A DNA stretch of 63,786 bases, filler included, from Intoshia linei (taxonomy: Eukaryota > Animalia > Orthonectida): the NCBI GenBank assembly GCA_001642005.1. It is 9 parts of 9 records of this genome, joined end to end, with 100 filler letters (N's around TTAATTAATTAA, not from the genome) between each part and the next. Parts side by side here need not be neighbours in the genome. Positions count along the whole stretch, not along the records: positions 18,331 to 32,053 come from LWCA01001021.1; positions 32,154 to 43,281 come from LWCA01001201.1; 7 more parts are not named here. One strand, 5' to 3'. Made by a program: the position numbers and the translations under genes. Shown in pieces: positions 28,306-40,561 of the stretch (the stretch's first letter is position 1; every line of letters starts with the position of its first letter). A model generated the notes under the pieces. It saw only the letters and a list, made by a program, of their open reading frames with translations. It did not search any database and was not told the origin of the DNA.

Positions 28306-29913
28306 ATGACTTCTATGCACGAATTTAAACACATTAATATTAAAGACATTGAAAGAGTAAGTACCACGTGGGATCTTTTAGATGATAAAAAAAGTGCAAT
28401 AAGATTTTATAAACATTTGTTTACAATATATCCGCAAACAAATAAAATTTTTGTGAAATTTCACAATGCAAAAGTTGATTCTTTGGGAACAAATGCTCAG
28501 GCACTTAAAATTGCTAAGGCCATGTGGGGCTCAGCAAGTCATATCATTATTAGTGTCAGTGAAGGTAATTTAAAAGAAATTTACAATAGCATTGATTATT
28601 TAATCAAAATTTACATCAATGTTTTTAAGTTTAGTCCAACAATGTTTGAGGTAAGTTTTACAATTTGTAAGTCTGGTAATTTCATATTTATAATTTGTTT
28701 AGGTGTCTGATTGTAAATTACACAATTAATTCTTACTTGCATCTAGTGATGGTGATTTCCCGGAAAAAATAAAAATTTTTTATTCATATATAATATAGAA
28801 GCATGAAAAATTTTAGAAACTTTACTTAATGAAATAACACGAATCTAGATTGAAATTTACAAATTTAATTAGATCAAAAATAATTCATTTTAGATTGTTG
28901 AAAAAGTGTTTAAAAACACACTATTGATAGATTCGTCTTTTAAACGAGTTCTATGTTTTGTAACGAAATTAGAAGCAGTAGAGAAATTTCTTTTATTTTG
29001 TATTGACGTAGGTTGAACGGTCATAAGGATTTCCTTTAATTTCAACAATCTTGATGATAGCGTTCCAGTTTGTAACAACGTATAATATTTTTAAATAATA
29101 TTGGAAAAAGAAAATAATTCCCTTAAGCGTTAGTAATTTGTAGTTGGAATAAGAGATTTTTAAAAAAAGTATTAGAAAAAAGATATTTTTCTATTAAGGG
29201 CTAGAAAATTAGATTTTTTATTTGTGGTTGAATGAAGTGGATCTTATCATAAGATTTTGTAAAATCGGATTTTTGAAATGGTAAATTTTGAATAATATAA
29301 TATAATTATATTTTCATGGTAATAAAAAACATAAATCAAACACAGGTATGTCTCAATTTTTTTCGGAAAATGGTAAAAATCCCGGAAATTATTAAATATC
29401 CCGGGAATTTTGTCCCGGTTTGTTCCCCGACACAATCACTACTTGCATCATGTAAAAGTTATTAGAAATATGTATGAACATGTAAATAATTATTTGTCTA
29501 AAAGTTAAAAAAACGATTATTCTTATGTGGTTTAATCCAATTAATTACATGTATCTACTAAAATTTTTACTTTAAAAGTTACGTGTTCAGTACGTAGCCG
29601 TCTTAGTCTCATAAATTGATTTCTAAGTTTTATTATGATTGCTACACAATTAATAAGTTTGAATTGTTTTATAATTTATTTTCATTTTCATCAGATTCCT
29701 TTATTTAAAAAATGTCTTTAAATTAAAGTCATTAATATATACATTGTACAATATCTGATTATTTTTAAAACTAAATAATTTGTTGCGGTTAAGCCAATGG
29801 TAGCAACAATTCAAGAGAAAATAATGGATCTTGAAACATTGCAGGCTTACGTAAATATTTTCACAGTGATAATTAAAAAATTAAAAACGTCTTATCTGAA
29901 ACAAAAGAAATAA
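28306..29913 (+). CDS. Globin copy 1 (possibly pseudogenised)
   Basis: Exon 28306-28650: ERVSTTW (A-helix Trp), RFYKHLFTIYPQTNKIF (CD1 Phe); donor at the conserved G7.0 position. Last exon ~29782-29913 lacks the AG acceptor seen in copy 2; F8 position is Tyr. Confidence 0.8.
28744..29441 (-). mobile_element. Non-autonomous hAT element carrying a transposase C-terminal (dimerisation domain) remnant, in the globin 1 intron
   Basis: TIRs TAGTGATGGTG / CACAATCACTA; perfect 8-bp TSD CTTGCATC (28736-28743, 29442-29449); empty site in globin copy 2; ORF LMTVQPTSIQNKRNFSTAS..KHRTRLKDESI. Confidence 0.92.
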
Positions 29914-30463
29914 TACAATAAATAAATGCAATGTTATCATTATATTTAACACTAGCACTTGTTTCTAAACCAATCTGTTATTTTAATTAAATATTGATTA
30001 TATTAGAACTTTTTTTTTAACATATGGAAAATGTACTACCAGTTCAATGTTTATCAAATTACAATGAAAAATAAGTAATTTAAAATAATGCCTTCAGCGT
30101 CAAAAAAGCAGTTTAAGTTCATTTTTTTTATTTCAAAACTATTTTATTAAAACAAAACATTTATAATAATTCAATAAAAAACAATATTCTGATACAGCTT
30201 ATTCCACCTTATATAGACACAAAATTTCAACCCCAGAAATATATACACTACCGGTGAAAAATAATTTAATACTTTTCAAATGTTTCTATTAACAATGCAA
30301 ATATTCATCCTATAATTTAAAAAAAATATGCATTAAACGGCTACAGCGCTACAAAAAAAAAATTTATAAAAGTATATTTTTGAACATAGATTTTTAAGAA
30401 ATATGACAATTTTCACAGTATAATTTCAATAAAGATAATTATAATAATTTATAATAAAGAATN

Positions 30464-31118
30464 ATTATTAGTGTCAGTGAAGGTAATTTAAAGGAAATTT
30501 ACAAGAGCATTGATTATTTAATCAAAATTCACGTCAATGTTCCCAAGTTTAGTCCAACAATGTTTGAGGTAATTTTTACAATTTGTATGTATTTGGTAAT
30601 TTCATATTTATAATTTGTTTAGGTGTCTGATTGTAAATTACACAATTAATTCTAACTTGCATCATGTAAAAGTTGTTAAAAATATGTATTAACATGTAAA
30701 TATTTATTTTTCTAAAAGTTAAAAAAATAATTATTTTCATGTGGTTTAATCCAATTAATTACATGTATCTACTAAAATTTTTACTTCAAAACTTACGTAT
30801 TCAGTACGTAGCCATCTTAGTCTCCTAAATTGATTGCTATACAATTTTTAAGTTTGAATTGTACATTAGTTTAGAATACATTTTTATTTTGAAATTTATT
30901 TAGATTTTGATGACATTCCTTAATTCGAAAAATGTCTTTAAATTAGTCATCAATAAATACAATGATTATTTTTAAAACTGAATATTTAGTTAGCGGTTAA
31001 GCCGATGGTAGCAACAATTCAAGAGAAAATAACGGATCCTGAAATATTGCAGGCTTACGTGAATATCTTCACAGTAATAATTGAAAAATTAAAAACGTCT
31101 TATCCGAAACAAAAATAA
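30464..31118 (+). CDS. Globin copy 2 (5' truncated at the assembly N at 30463)
   Basis: IISVSEGNLKEIYKSIDYLIKIHVNVPKFSPTMFE (exon ends 30568) spliced to 30990-31118 LAVKPMVATIQEKITDPEILQAYVNIFTVIIEKLKTSYPKQK*; proximal His F8 present. Confidence 0.82.
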
Positions 31119-31779
31119 TACAAATAAATTCAATGTTATTATAATAGCCGCACTTGTTTCTAAACCAATCTGTATTTTAATTAAATATTGATTATATCAG
31201 GGCTTTTTTTTAACATATGGAAAATGTACTACCAGTTCAATGTTTACCAAATTATAATGAAAAATAAGTAATTTGAATAACTTCAGTGTCAAAAAAGCAA
31301 TTTAAAATTGATTTTTTTTCAAAACTATTTTATTAAAACAAAAAATTTAAAATAATTAAAAAAGACATTATTTTAATACAGCTTATTCCACCTTATATAG
31401 ACATAAAATTTCAACCCCAGAAATATACGCACTACCGGTGAAAACTAATTTAATATTTCTCAAATGTTTCTATTAACAATGCAAATATTCATCCTATAAT
31501 TTAAAAAAAAATATGCATTAAACGGCTACAGCGCTACAAATTAATTAAGTGGAGCAGATATCTATATATGAATTTTTTTGAAAAAATTTATAAAAGTATA
31601 TTTTTGAACATAGATTTTTATGAAATATGACAATTTTCACAGTATAATTTCAATAAAGATAATTATAATAATTTATAATAAAGAATTACAATTCAATAAA
31701 TGTTAAAATTTCTTTAATATTCATATAAAGATCCAATCATATGATCACGGTAACTAAATATATATGCAATAATAATATA

Positions 31780-32001
31780 TTAGGTCGTTTCATATTTAAT
31801 GTCGTTTTTTTAACAAAATTAAAAAGTTTATTTGATTACATTAAAAATAAAGTTATATTATAAAATATTCACCATTACTTTCCAGTCTTTTTCTAACGTT
31901 CCGGTAGTCTATTTATACCATTAGCATAAAAACTCGCTTCTTTATTAGACAAAAACTTTTCTATGTCCAATTTTAACCCTTCATTTGAAGTGTATTTTTT
32001 A
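31780..32001 (-). mobile_element. mariner transposon 3' remnant (transposase C-terminus plus TIR)
   Basis: Minus frame ..IEKFLSNKEASFYANGINRLPER*..GEYF; TIR TTAGGTCGTTTCATATTTAATGTCGTTTTT preceded by TA. Confidence 0.75.
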
Positions 32002-32154
32002 NNNNNNNNNNNACGCACACAAGAAACAAGGACACTGAATAAACAAACTAAGTNNNNNNNNNNNNNNNNNNNNNNNNNNNNNNNNNNNNNNNNNNNNTTA
32101 ATTAATTAANNNNNNNNNNNNNNNNNNNNNNNNNNNNNNNNNNNNNNNNNNNNT

Positions 32155-32571
32155 TTGAAGCTTACTATGTTTGCAGTTTAGCACAATTGCATCACGGATT
32201 CTTTCATATTTATTTTTAAACTCGCATCTACCTGCTTGTAAATCCAATCGATCAATAAAGACATCAATTTGTTCATTAAAATTTCTTTGGATTTTATCAA
32301 ATTTAATTCTTTCTAAAGTTGCATTACGTTTATCCCAAGATTGTATCGCCTTCTTTATCAATACAATGCTATCATGAACATGACCTCTTTTCAATCGTAA
32401 TCGTGCACGTTGTCCCATTAAATATTTAATAAGATTAATTTGTTGACAATCATACAGTTTTTTATTTAACAGAGAAATATAAATATCATAATATTCTATC
32501 CATTCCGACGCGCTTTTAGTCATACACCCGCGTTCATCGAATAATTGTTTTGGTTGATCGATATGTTCCAT
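32155..32571 (-). mobile_element. Gypsy-type gag fragment
   Basis: LERIKFDKIQRNFNEQIDVFIDRLDLQAGRCEF...IRDAIVLN matches the Gypsy gag MHR-like pattern; runs into a gap. Confidence 0.75.
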
Positions 32572-33210
32572 ACAATTCGTTTTGTAAAGTTAGATATGAA
32601 ATATTGGAACAATATAAATTTAATATTTAAAGTAAAACGAATTTTAAATTATCGTTATAAAATAAAATAAATATATCTTGATCTTGATATATTCATTACA
32701 ATGACAATAATGTTGTCATAAAATATTGAACCTCCTCATTCACCGACTTCGTCACTGAATTTTGAGTCCATCTGGTAATATGAAATTTATTATTCACAAC
32801 AAAACCGAAATTATTCTTGACAAGAGTGAATAACTATTAGTAATTAAAATGTCACAATCAATATAAATTATTAGTAAAATTGTACCGATGTCTGTATGTA
32901 TTTAAAATATCCAATAACGACACAAGAGATAAAGTGGAATTTGTATCTAACGTCTAAATACTAATGCATAGTATTTATTTAAGAATAAAAAGTTATCAGC
33001 TTTATTAAAACAAAAAGGAAAATAAAATGTTATATATTTAAAAAATATATATAATATCATTGAAAGTTTTCATTTATATTTATCAAATTTATAGAGTAGT
33101 CAGGTAATAAACTTGTTTATCTAATATTTAGCTGAGGGATATTTTGAAATATTTAATTTTATCAAATGTACTTAAATTTTTCCAAATGATTAAAAAAATT
33201 TAGATAAAGT

Positions 33211-34294
33211 ATGAGTTCATCATTTGATCTCGATTCATGCATTGCGCGACTTTACGAGTGTAAACAACTAACAGAAGACGAAGTGAAAAAATTGTGCGAC
33301 AAGGTTGGAAATGTTCAAATTAAATTTTGTAAATATCTTAGGCACGAGAAATTTTGACTGACGAGCCAAACGTAGCTAATGTAGACGCTCCAACAACCGT
33401 TTGCGGGGATATTCATGGACAATTTTACGATTTAATGGAATTATTCAAGATTTGCGGACAACCACCAGACACCAATTTGTTATTTACTGGAGACTATGTA
33501 GATCGGGGATTTTATTCGGTAGAATCAGTCAGCTTACTAGTTTCTCTTAAAGTACGTTATCCAAAGAGAGTTTACATTTTGCGTGGAAATCACGAAAGCC
33601 GTCAAATTACCCAAGTGTATGGATTTTACGACGAGTGCTTACGAAAATATGGTAGTCCCAGTGTTTGGCGTTATTTTACTGATCTATTTGACTATCTACC
33701 ACTTACCGCAACAATTAACCACAAGGTAACGTTGATCATTTCTTTTTATTGTTTTAAATTAATTTAATTTCATAGATTTTCTGTCTTCATGGTGGCCTCT
33801 CACCATCTATTGATTCAATCGATGCCATACGGTCTTTAGATCGTATCCAAGAAGTGCCTCATGAGGTAGAGTCTCTTTATACTCTTGTTTATTTCAACGT
33901 TTAGGGTCCAATGTGCGACTTGTTATGGTCTGATCCAGATGATCGCGGTGGCTGGGGGATTTCACCTCGTGGCGCTGGATACACCTTCGGACAGGATGTC
34001 ACCGAAACCTTCAATTTTAACAATAGTTTCGATTTTATGGCCAGAGCGCATCAATTGGTTATGGAAGGATTCAATTGGTCTCATGATAGAAATATAGTCA
34101 CCATTTTCAGCGCTCCCAATTATTGCTACCGCTGCGGAAATCAAGCTTCAATTATGGAACTCGATGAACAAATGAACAAAGAATTGTATTTTTTTTAATT
34201 TCTTTGTTTACAATTTTTTAGCATCAAATTTGATCCTGCACCTCGAAAAGCAGAACCTTTTGTCACTCGCAGAACACCAGATTACTTCCTTTGA
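33211..34294 (+). CDS. PPP2CA: Protein phosphatase 2A catalytic subunit, 5 exons
   Basis: [42 protein letters not shown]-terminal TRRTPDYFL*; introns of 38, 50, 39 and 36 nt. Confidence 0.96.
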
Positions 34295-36032
34295 ACACTT
34301 AGTATTAAAGTGTACATTTAACTAGTTCTCATTTCAATTTGAGTTTACCACCCTTTTCTGTAAATCGTCCAATCATTTTTAGTGTATCAAATCACTAGTT
34401 TTGATTTTCACGATGTGTATTCATAATTAAAAATAAATTGCGTCATGTGTACTTTTTTATTTTTATGAATTATGCTTTTCGTATGTTCGTGGAAGCTGGG
34501 CACCATTTTTTTAATTGGTGGTGAATACACTTTACATGTCTAACCTGCACCTTAATTAAATATTTTATCAATTGAAATTTATGATTTTAGCGATACGTAG
34601 ATATATTATCTAAAGACGTTAGTATTAACCAATGTGGGTAACATTGAATATTTTGAGCGATTTTATTAACCCTTAGGGATCCATCACTAAAGTAATTTAT
34701 TGTTCCAAGAATTAATTAACAATTATTGAAGAGAAAACACCACTTAATTCAAATTTACCAACCCAAAAGCGAAATATTCCCTTTTTACGATATTTTTTTA
34801 AAAATAGAATTTACCCATCCTGCGGAAAAAACCACGTAATCTAATCAAAAAGGGAAAAATTTAATTTCTAGATTCTACTACCACGTTTGGATAAAAATAA
34901 TATAAAATTCAACTTTAAATTAAGTTTTTGGTATACAAATACATGTACGTTTTGGCATACAATTCATATTTTTGAGTTATAAAAATTAAAGTGTCATTAT
35001 CCATTACTCTGATCTAAGTAGTTTTGATTTTATTTAAATTTTATGACTACTTTGGAGAGTAGGATTATAAATATAGTAGATTTTTAATACTTTTTTGCCA
35101 TTTATCAATTTTAAATTTCAGAGATTGGAAATTAAGAATCTCAATACAAATGTTTAAATTAAATTAGTAACATTAATAAATAAATTGCTTACATCATAGA
35201 TGTTGGAAACCTTAACTTTGAAAATTTTTATTTTTTGTATGACCTTACCAGTCAGTATACGTTGGCACTTTTCCAGTATTTACATTAAAGTTTAATATAC
35301 GTTACTTTATCTAATTAGTCCATTTTAACCTTTATCTCACGGTTGCCGTGGTCGCAAATACTCATACTTTACATATATTGTCAAATATGTGCTAACTAAA
35401 CCACCCACCAGAAATTTCACTCCTAGGATCACAGCGTATGATGTCCTACTTTTTGGGACAAAAGTTTCTCGACAAAAATGACAGTTAAAATATATTATCC
35501 TTTACTTATCTAAAAATGAATGTCTGTATAACCATTTATTCAAAACATTGACGGTCGCAGGATTTAAAAAATCCAATTTCTAATACAGTTTTTCTCAGGA
35601 CGTTTTTTTATCTATTTTTCAGTTTCAGAATTTGAGTCCTTCATGGTCAAAACCCAAAATTACCCTTTGTTTTGAAAATGAAACATGTCCTAAAATTTTT
35701 TTAAACATAAATTCTAGGATAGTTTTTAAAATCATAAACATTATCATAAATGGAAACCTCAAAAAAATAATTTTCACGATCAAATCGCACATGACCATTT
35801 TTTTTTAAATTGAAACAGCCCAAAAATTTAAAAAAATTACAGATGGTACAGTTGTATCCTGTTTAATTTTAAAACAAAAAAATTTTAATCGGAATATATG
35901 ACGCCTTCACGGTTAAAAAAGTATTTTAATATTTATTTTTTTTATTTTGAAATGTATTTTATTAAAACAAAAAGTTTCAAATAATTAATGATCCTACAAT
36001 TAAAAAAAAAGAAGAGATTATTCCATTTGATA

Positions 36033-36795
36033 TAGTGATTGTGCCGGAAAAAAATTCCCGAGATTTTTACGATTTCCCGGGAAATTTTTTAAAAAAAATT
36101 GAGACATACCTGTATTTGATTTATGTTTGTAATTATTATAAAAATATGATTACATTATAATATTTAAAATTTACTATTTCAAAAATACCACCACTAATAC
36201 AATTTAATCAAAAATATCATTTCAAGCTCTCATGGAAAAATTGACTTACATAGATATTCTTTTCAAAAATCCGATTTTACGAAATCTTATGAAAAAAATC
36301 CACTTCATCAAACCACAAATAAAAAATCTAATTTTCCAGCCCTTAATGGAAAAATATCCTTTTTCCAATACTTTTTTTAAAAACCTCTTATTCCAACCAC
36401 AAATTACTAACGCTTAAGGGAATTATCTTTTTTTTCAATATTATGAGTTGTTACAAACTGGAACGCTATCATCAAGATTGTTAAAATTAAACGAATCCCT
36501 TATGACCGTTAAACCTACGTCAACACAAAATGAAAGAAATTTCTATACTGCTTCTAATTTCGTTACAAAACGTAGAACGCGTTTAAAAGACGAATCTATC
36601 AATATTATGTATGTTTTTAAACACTTTTTAACAATCTAAAATAAATAAATTTTTTTCTAATTAAATTTATAAATTTCAATCTAGATTCGTGTTATTTCAT
36701 TAATTAAACTTTTTTTTGTTTCTAAAATTAATTAAGGTCTCTAAAATTTTTAATGCTTCTATATTATATATTATTTTTTATTTTTCCCGGGAAAT
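36033..36795 (+). mobile_element. Second copy of the hAT element seen at 28744-29441 (opposite orientation, one TIR lost)
   Basis: Starts TAGTGATTGTG; contains the homologous ORF 36448-36639 (TSTQNERNF...RRTRLKDESI); related internal segment also at ~10600-10830. Confidence 0.85.
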
Positions 36796-37116
36796 TTAAT
36801 TTTTAATTCGACTTTTGTCATTTCTTGTAGTATAATGTGTAGATCTGAACACAAAATTTTTCTTCAAATATAATTTTCTATAAATAATTATTTTTATATT
36901 CCAGCGATCGACTCAAAAAATTTCGAGATCGATTTGTTGGCCACCCCTGGAATATACTATAAAGTATTTGCCAAATTTTTAAACAATTTTAGAGTTTTTG
37001 AGCTATCTAAATTAATAAAATACTATATTTACAAATTATATAATTTACAATTATAAATAAAAATATACCAAGTAAAAATTTTACAAGGATTTACAAACTG
37101 GTGATCTTCCCAAGTT

Positions 37117-37704
37117 TTGATTGTCAATAATTATTGTAATATATGTGGTGTGTTGTTAAGGAAAATATCCAAAAATTACTCTCTAGTATCCAACAAAAAT
37201 TTTAGAATCAAATACGAAGAATATTATAATTTAAAATTGAATTTTAAAAATAAATGGTTACCTCAAAAGAGCTGTTCGACATGTTATTTTGCCATTGTGA
37301 AGTACAACTTTCGTTTTAGCTTTCCTCGATTGTGGTCAAAACCGCTTAATGAATCTGATTGTTATTTTTGTACTGTAATAGCTATGAAATTCAATCAAAT
37401 TAAATTGACTTGTTACGAATATCCTAATTTTGTATCTTCTTTAAAACCAATAAAATTTGTATCGAAAAATACGTATTTTTCTCAAGAAAATGAATCTATT
37501 TATTTTGCTGAATCATATGCTACAACAGAGGCTAAACAGATAAAATTTAATGATCATGAATTAAATGAACTAGTAGATGAACTAGGTTTACCAAAAATAA
37601 AATCAAAATTTCTGTCTAATACCCTAAAAAAAGGTAAACTTACAGATGAAAATGTCAATTCAAAATCGCATCGTATGAGAAACATTAAATTTCCAACAGG
37701 TTAA
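37117..37704 (+). mobile_element. Chapaev3-like (CMC) transposase N-terminal fragment
   Basis: YCNICG...KWLPQKSCSTC...FPRLWSKP...DCYFC...YPNFVSSLKP...FNDHELNELVDELGLPKIKSKFL follows the Chapaev3 zinc-finger and ELNDLVRDL pattern; no catalytic core. Confidence 0.65.
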
Positions 37705-37914
37705 TTTATTCTGACCTTTAGATTGATTTATTTTTATGTAACAAGGATACATTTATTTTATGATAATGACGTTTCACCAACAGCGTTATAATTCCACGTC
37801 GCTACGAAGACTTTAAATATATACAGTGGAGAATTATTAAGATCATTGAAGAACCTCACTTTGTAAAAATTTCAGAAACGTAAAAAGGCAAAAATTTTTT
37901 TTAATTACAATTTT

Positions 37915-39059
37915 TATAAATTCATGGTATAATCATAAACCAATGATTTTTGATCAACCTCCTTCTTTGCATCACCGTACAGCCATCTAGAATTTTCAAA
38001 TTCGTCAGAAAATGAATTCAATTTGTCAATTTTTTTTTGCATAATTTCTAAAATATTAATTTAAATACTGACATATAATGGTGAATTATTTCTTAATTGC
38101 AGTTTTAGACGGACAATTATTGTTTTAAAAGTAATTTTTTACTTCTTTTAACGACATGGTGGGATCAACTAATTTTAAGGTAATTTTCATCAAATCAAGA
38201 GTTTTATAAGGAAAATATATTATAAAAGCACGTTTTATTGTTAATAAAAAATTTTCCTTTTTAAAATGTGTTTAAATGTCCTTTAGTGGAACATTATCAA
38301 AATAAGGAATATGTTCACTAATTTTATCAGCTTTATTATTTTTTTAAAATCTGTTACATTTTTGTTAACATGAATCATTAATCACACAAATATAAAATAC
38401 ACTTTTACGTTGTTTTGAGACAGTATATACATTTTAAATTTACCACTCATTAAACTTTCTAAAACGTGATCAGTTTTTTTTTCCAAAAATAATATATCAA
38501 CTGGATAACGAAATACTAAAAATAAATTAAATCATAGTTGGATCACAATCGCGATCATTATTAACAAAGTGTAAATACCAATGGACCTATAATGGTTGGA
38601 AGATATTTAACCACATTTTACTTAACTAAAAGAAAATGTGATGTTTATCTACCCAACAACCACGTTCTATAATATCTAAAATCGACCCCTTAAATTATAT
38701 TCACAAACGATGCCTAATGAGTCATAAGTATTGATATATAACTCTTAGACACCTAATAACCTATAACTCAACGGTTCTAGATTATATTTGGCAGTTACAA
38801 TTTGATAAACAGAAATTATGAACTTGAAAAATATATTTTTTAAAAAAGCTAAATTTAGAAAATCAGCCTCCCATTTTACAAAAATTTCGTCGACGCTTCC
38901 GAGGGACGCTTGGTGTGGTAGGTTCTACTCTGCTCACATCCATAGCATTCCAAGTTTTGATGGGTATACCGGTGCATGTAATATAATTGGGAAATAATGC
39001 AATAATTCAGTACCGTCCAAACCATAATCATAATCATCGCTTCTTTCTATTGATTCCAT
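37915..39059 (-). CDS. Candidate orphan multi-exon gene or pseudogene
   Basis: Protein-like segments with plausible splice sites: MESIERSDDYDYGLDGTELLHYFPIILHAP | VHWYLHFVNNDRD | FRYPVDILFLEKKTDHVLESLMS ... IMQKKIDKLNSFSDEFENSRWLYGDAKKEVDQKSLVYDYTMNL*; middle exons unresolved. Confidence 0.35.
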
Positions 39060-39826
39060 TTTTTATTCACAAAATTGAATTTTGAATTACAATCGATAAC
39101 AATACAATAAACTTTCCTTCATTTATTCTATCATTTCCTTATATAAGATTGAATGTCTGTGAGTGTTTCCGTATATTTAAAAAACTCAATTTCTAATAGT
39201 TTTTCGCTGGGGATGATGTATATGTTTATTTTTGGAATTTGAGTCCTTTAGGGTCAAAATCATAATTTTGCTTTTTTTTTTAAAATGAATCATGTCCAAA
39301 TTGTACGTATAATCATCTAGATTCTAGAGTATAACAAATATACAACGATGGACAAAGAACCGATCCTACCAAGTTCAAACCTACTGTAAAATTAAAAACA
39401 GGTCCCTAAGAAAATGTTTTTAAAGATGGGTATGTTATAGCCCCCGTCACCTCTCCAGGGCCGTGAATTGGTCTTAATTTGACATTTCCAATTTAATACA
39501 CAAAATAGTTATAATGTTTAAAAATATGATTTTTTTAATTGCTCAATTTGGAAAAACAAGGTCCCAATTTACAAAAATTTCGACAAAACCTCAAGACGCG
39601 TGTTGAAATATGGTAGTTTCGGGTTGGGTGGACAACCTAGGCATGAGGAAATTAAATATTCTTAGTAATCAAAAAGTGATAGAAAGTGAAATATAAATGA
39701 ATAGATTGATAAATTGAGTTTTTGATTGGATTTGCCTTAAATTTCAAAAATCTCTACATATCAAATTATCAATTTCAGAATGATCACACAAAAAACAAAA
39801 CAAAAATACATTTATTTACAAAAATT

Positions 39827-40561
39827 TCATAATTTCATAATTAAATTTTCCACTTTCACTATAGTATCATCTGGGCCATTAACTTTGATCCCTTCAACAC
39901 GAGAATCATTATACAATTCATGATCATTGCCACCTTGATGAGTTTTATCACCAAAAAAGTAAATTTTATCAAATTTTTGTTTAACAAGTTCCGGCAAACA
40001 AGATCGTTTATCCCACCCAGTAGGGAAAATGTCAATACTTATCTGTCCTCCAATAGAAAATGAAATATTTTGATCCTTAAATTCCTTTCTGTACTTTTCA
40101 ACCAATTTTTCTCGTACTTTAAATTCTTGGTCGTATTTCACAAATTCCATCCTCTCTTTTTGAGAACAACTTCTTCCAATTGGAGAAACGTTCAGCATTC
40201 CAATTCTATATTCAATAAAATTTCCACGTTTCACGGGCAAGTGAATTTGTGACAATTCTCGTAATGAAAAATTTAATACTTTATTTATTAAATCTTCACC
40301 AAGTTTAGCAGAGATACTGTTTTGATAAATTTCAATTCCTTTTTTATGGCATATTAAACCACCTTCACTAAACACAAAATCAAAATTTAAAACATCTACC
40401 AATTGTTCAGTGATTTTAACCAAATCAGATCCACTTATTATTGCTACAGGGTACTTTGCTTGTATTTTTTCCAACAAATTTTTTATGTCCTCATTTATTT
40501 TTTGACGACTTTCTGTCAATGTACCATCAACATCAAATAAAAATAGTGTTTTTGATTTCAT
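39827..40561 (-). CDS. PMM2: Phosphomannomutase (HAD superfamily), intronless
   Basis: FDVDGTLT, SGSD, KRGNFIEYR.GMLNVSPIGRSCSQ.ER, FSIGGQISIDIFP.GWDK, FFGDKT..GGND.E; 244 aa complete. Confidence 0.96.
   Translation of the reverse strand: MKSKTLFLFDVDGTLTESRQKINEDIKNLLEKIQAKYPVAIISGSDLVKITEQLVDVLNFDFVFSEGGLICHKKGIEIYQNSISAKLGEDLINKVLNFSLRELSQIHLPVKRGNFIEYRIGMLNVSPIGRSCSQKERMEFVKYDQEFKVREKLVEKYRKEFKDQNISFSIGGQISIDIFPTGWDKRSCLPELVKQKFDKIYFFGDKTHQGGNDHELYNDSRVEGIKVNGPDDTIVKVENLIMKL

Noticed and set aside
32013-32053. 41-bp island between N-runs
   Set aside because: Too short and unanchored to interpret
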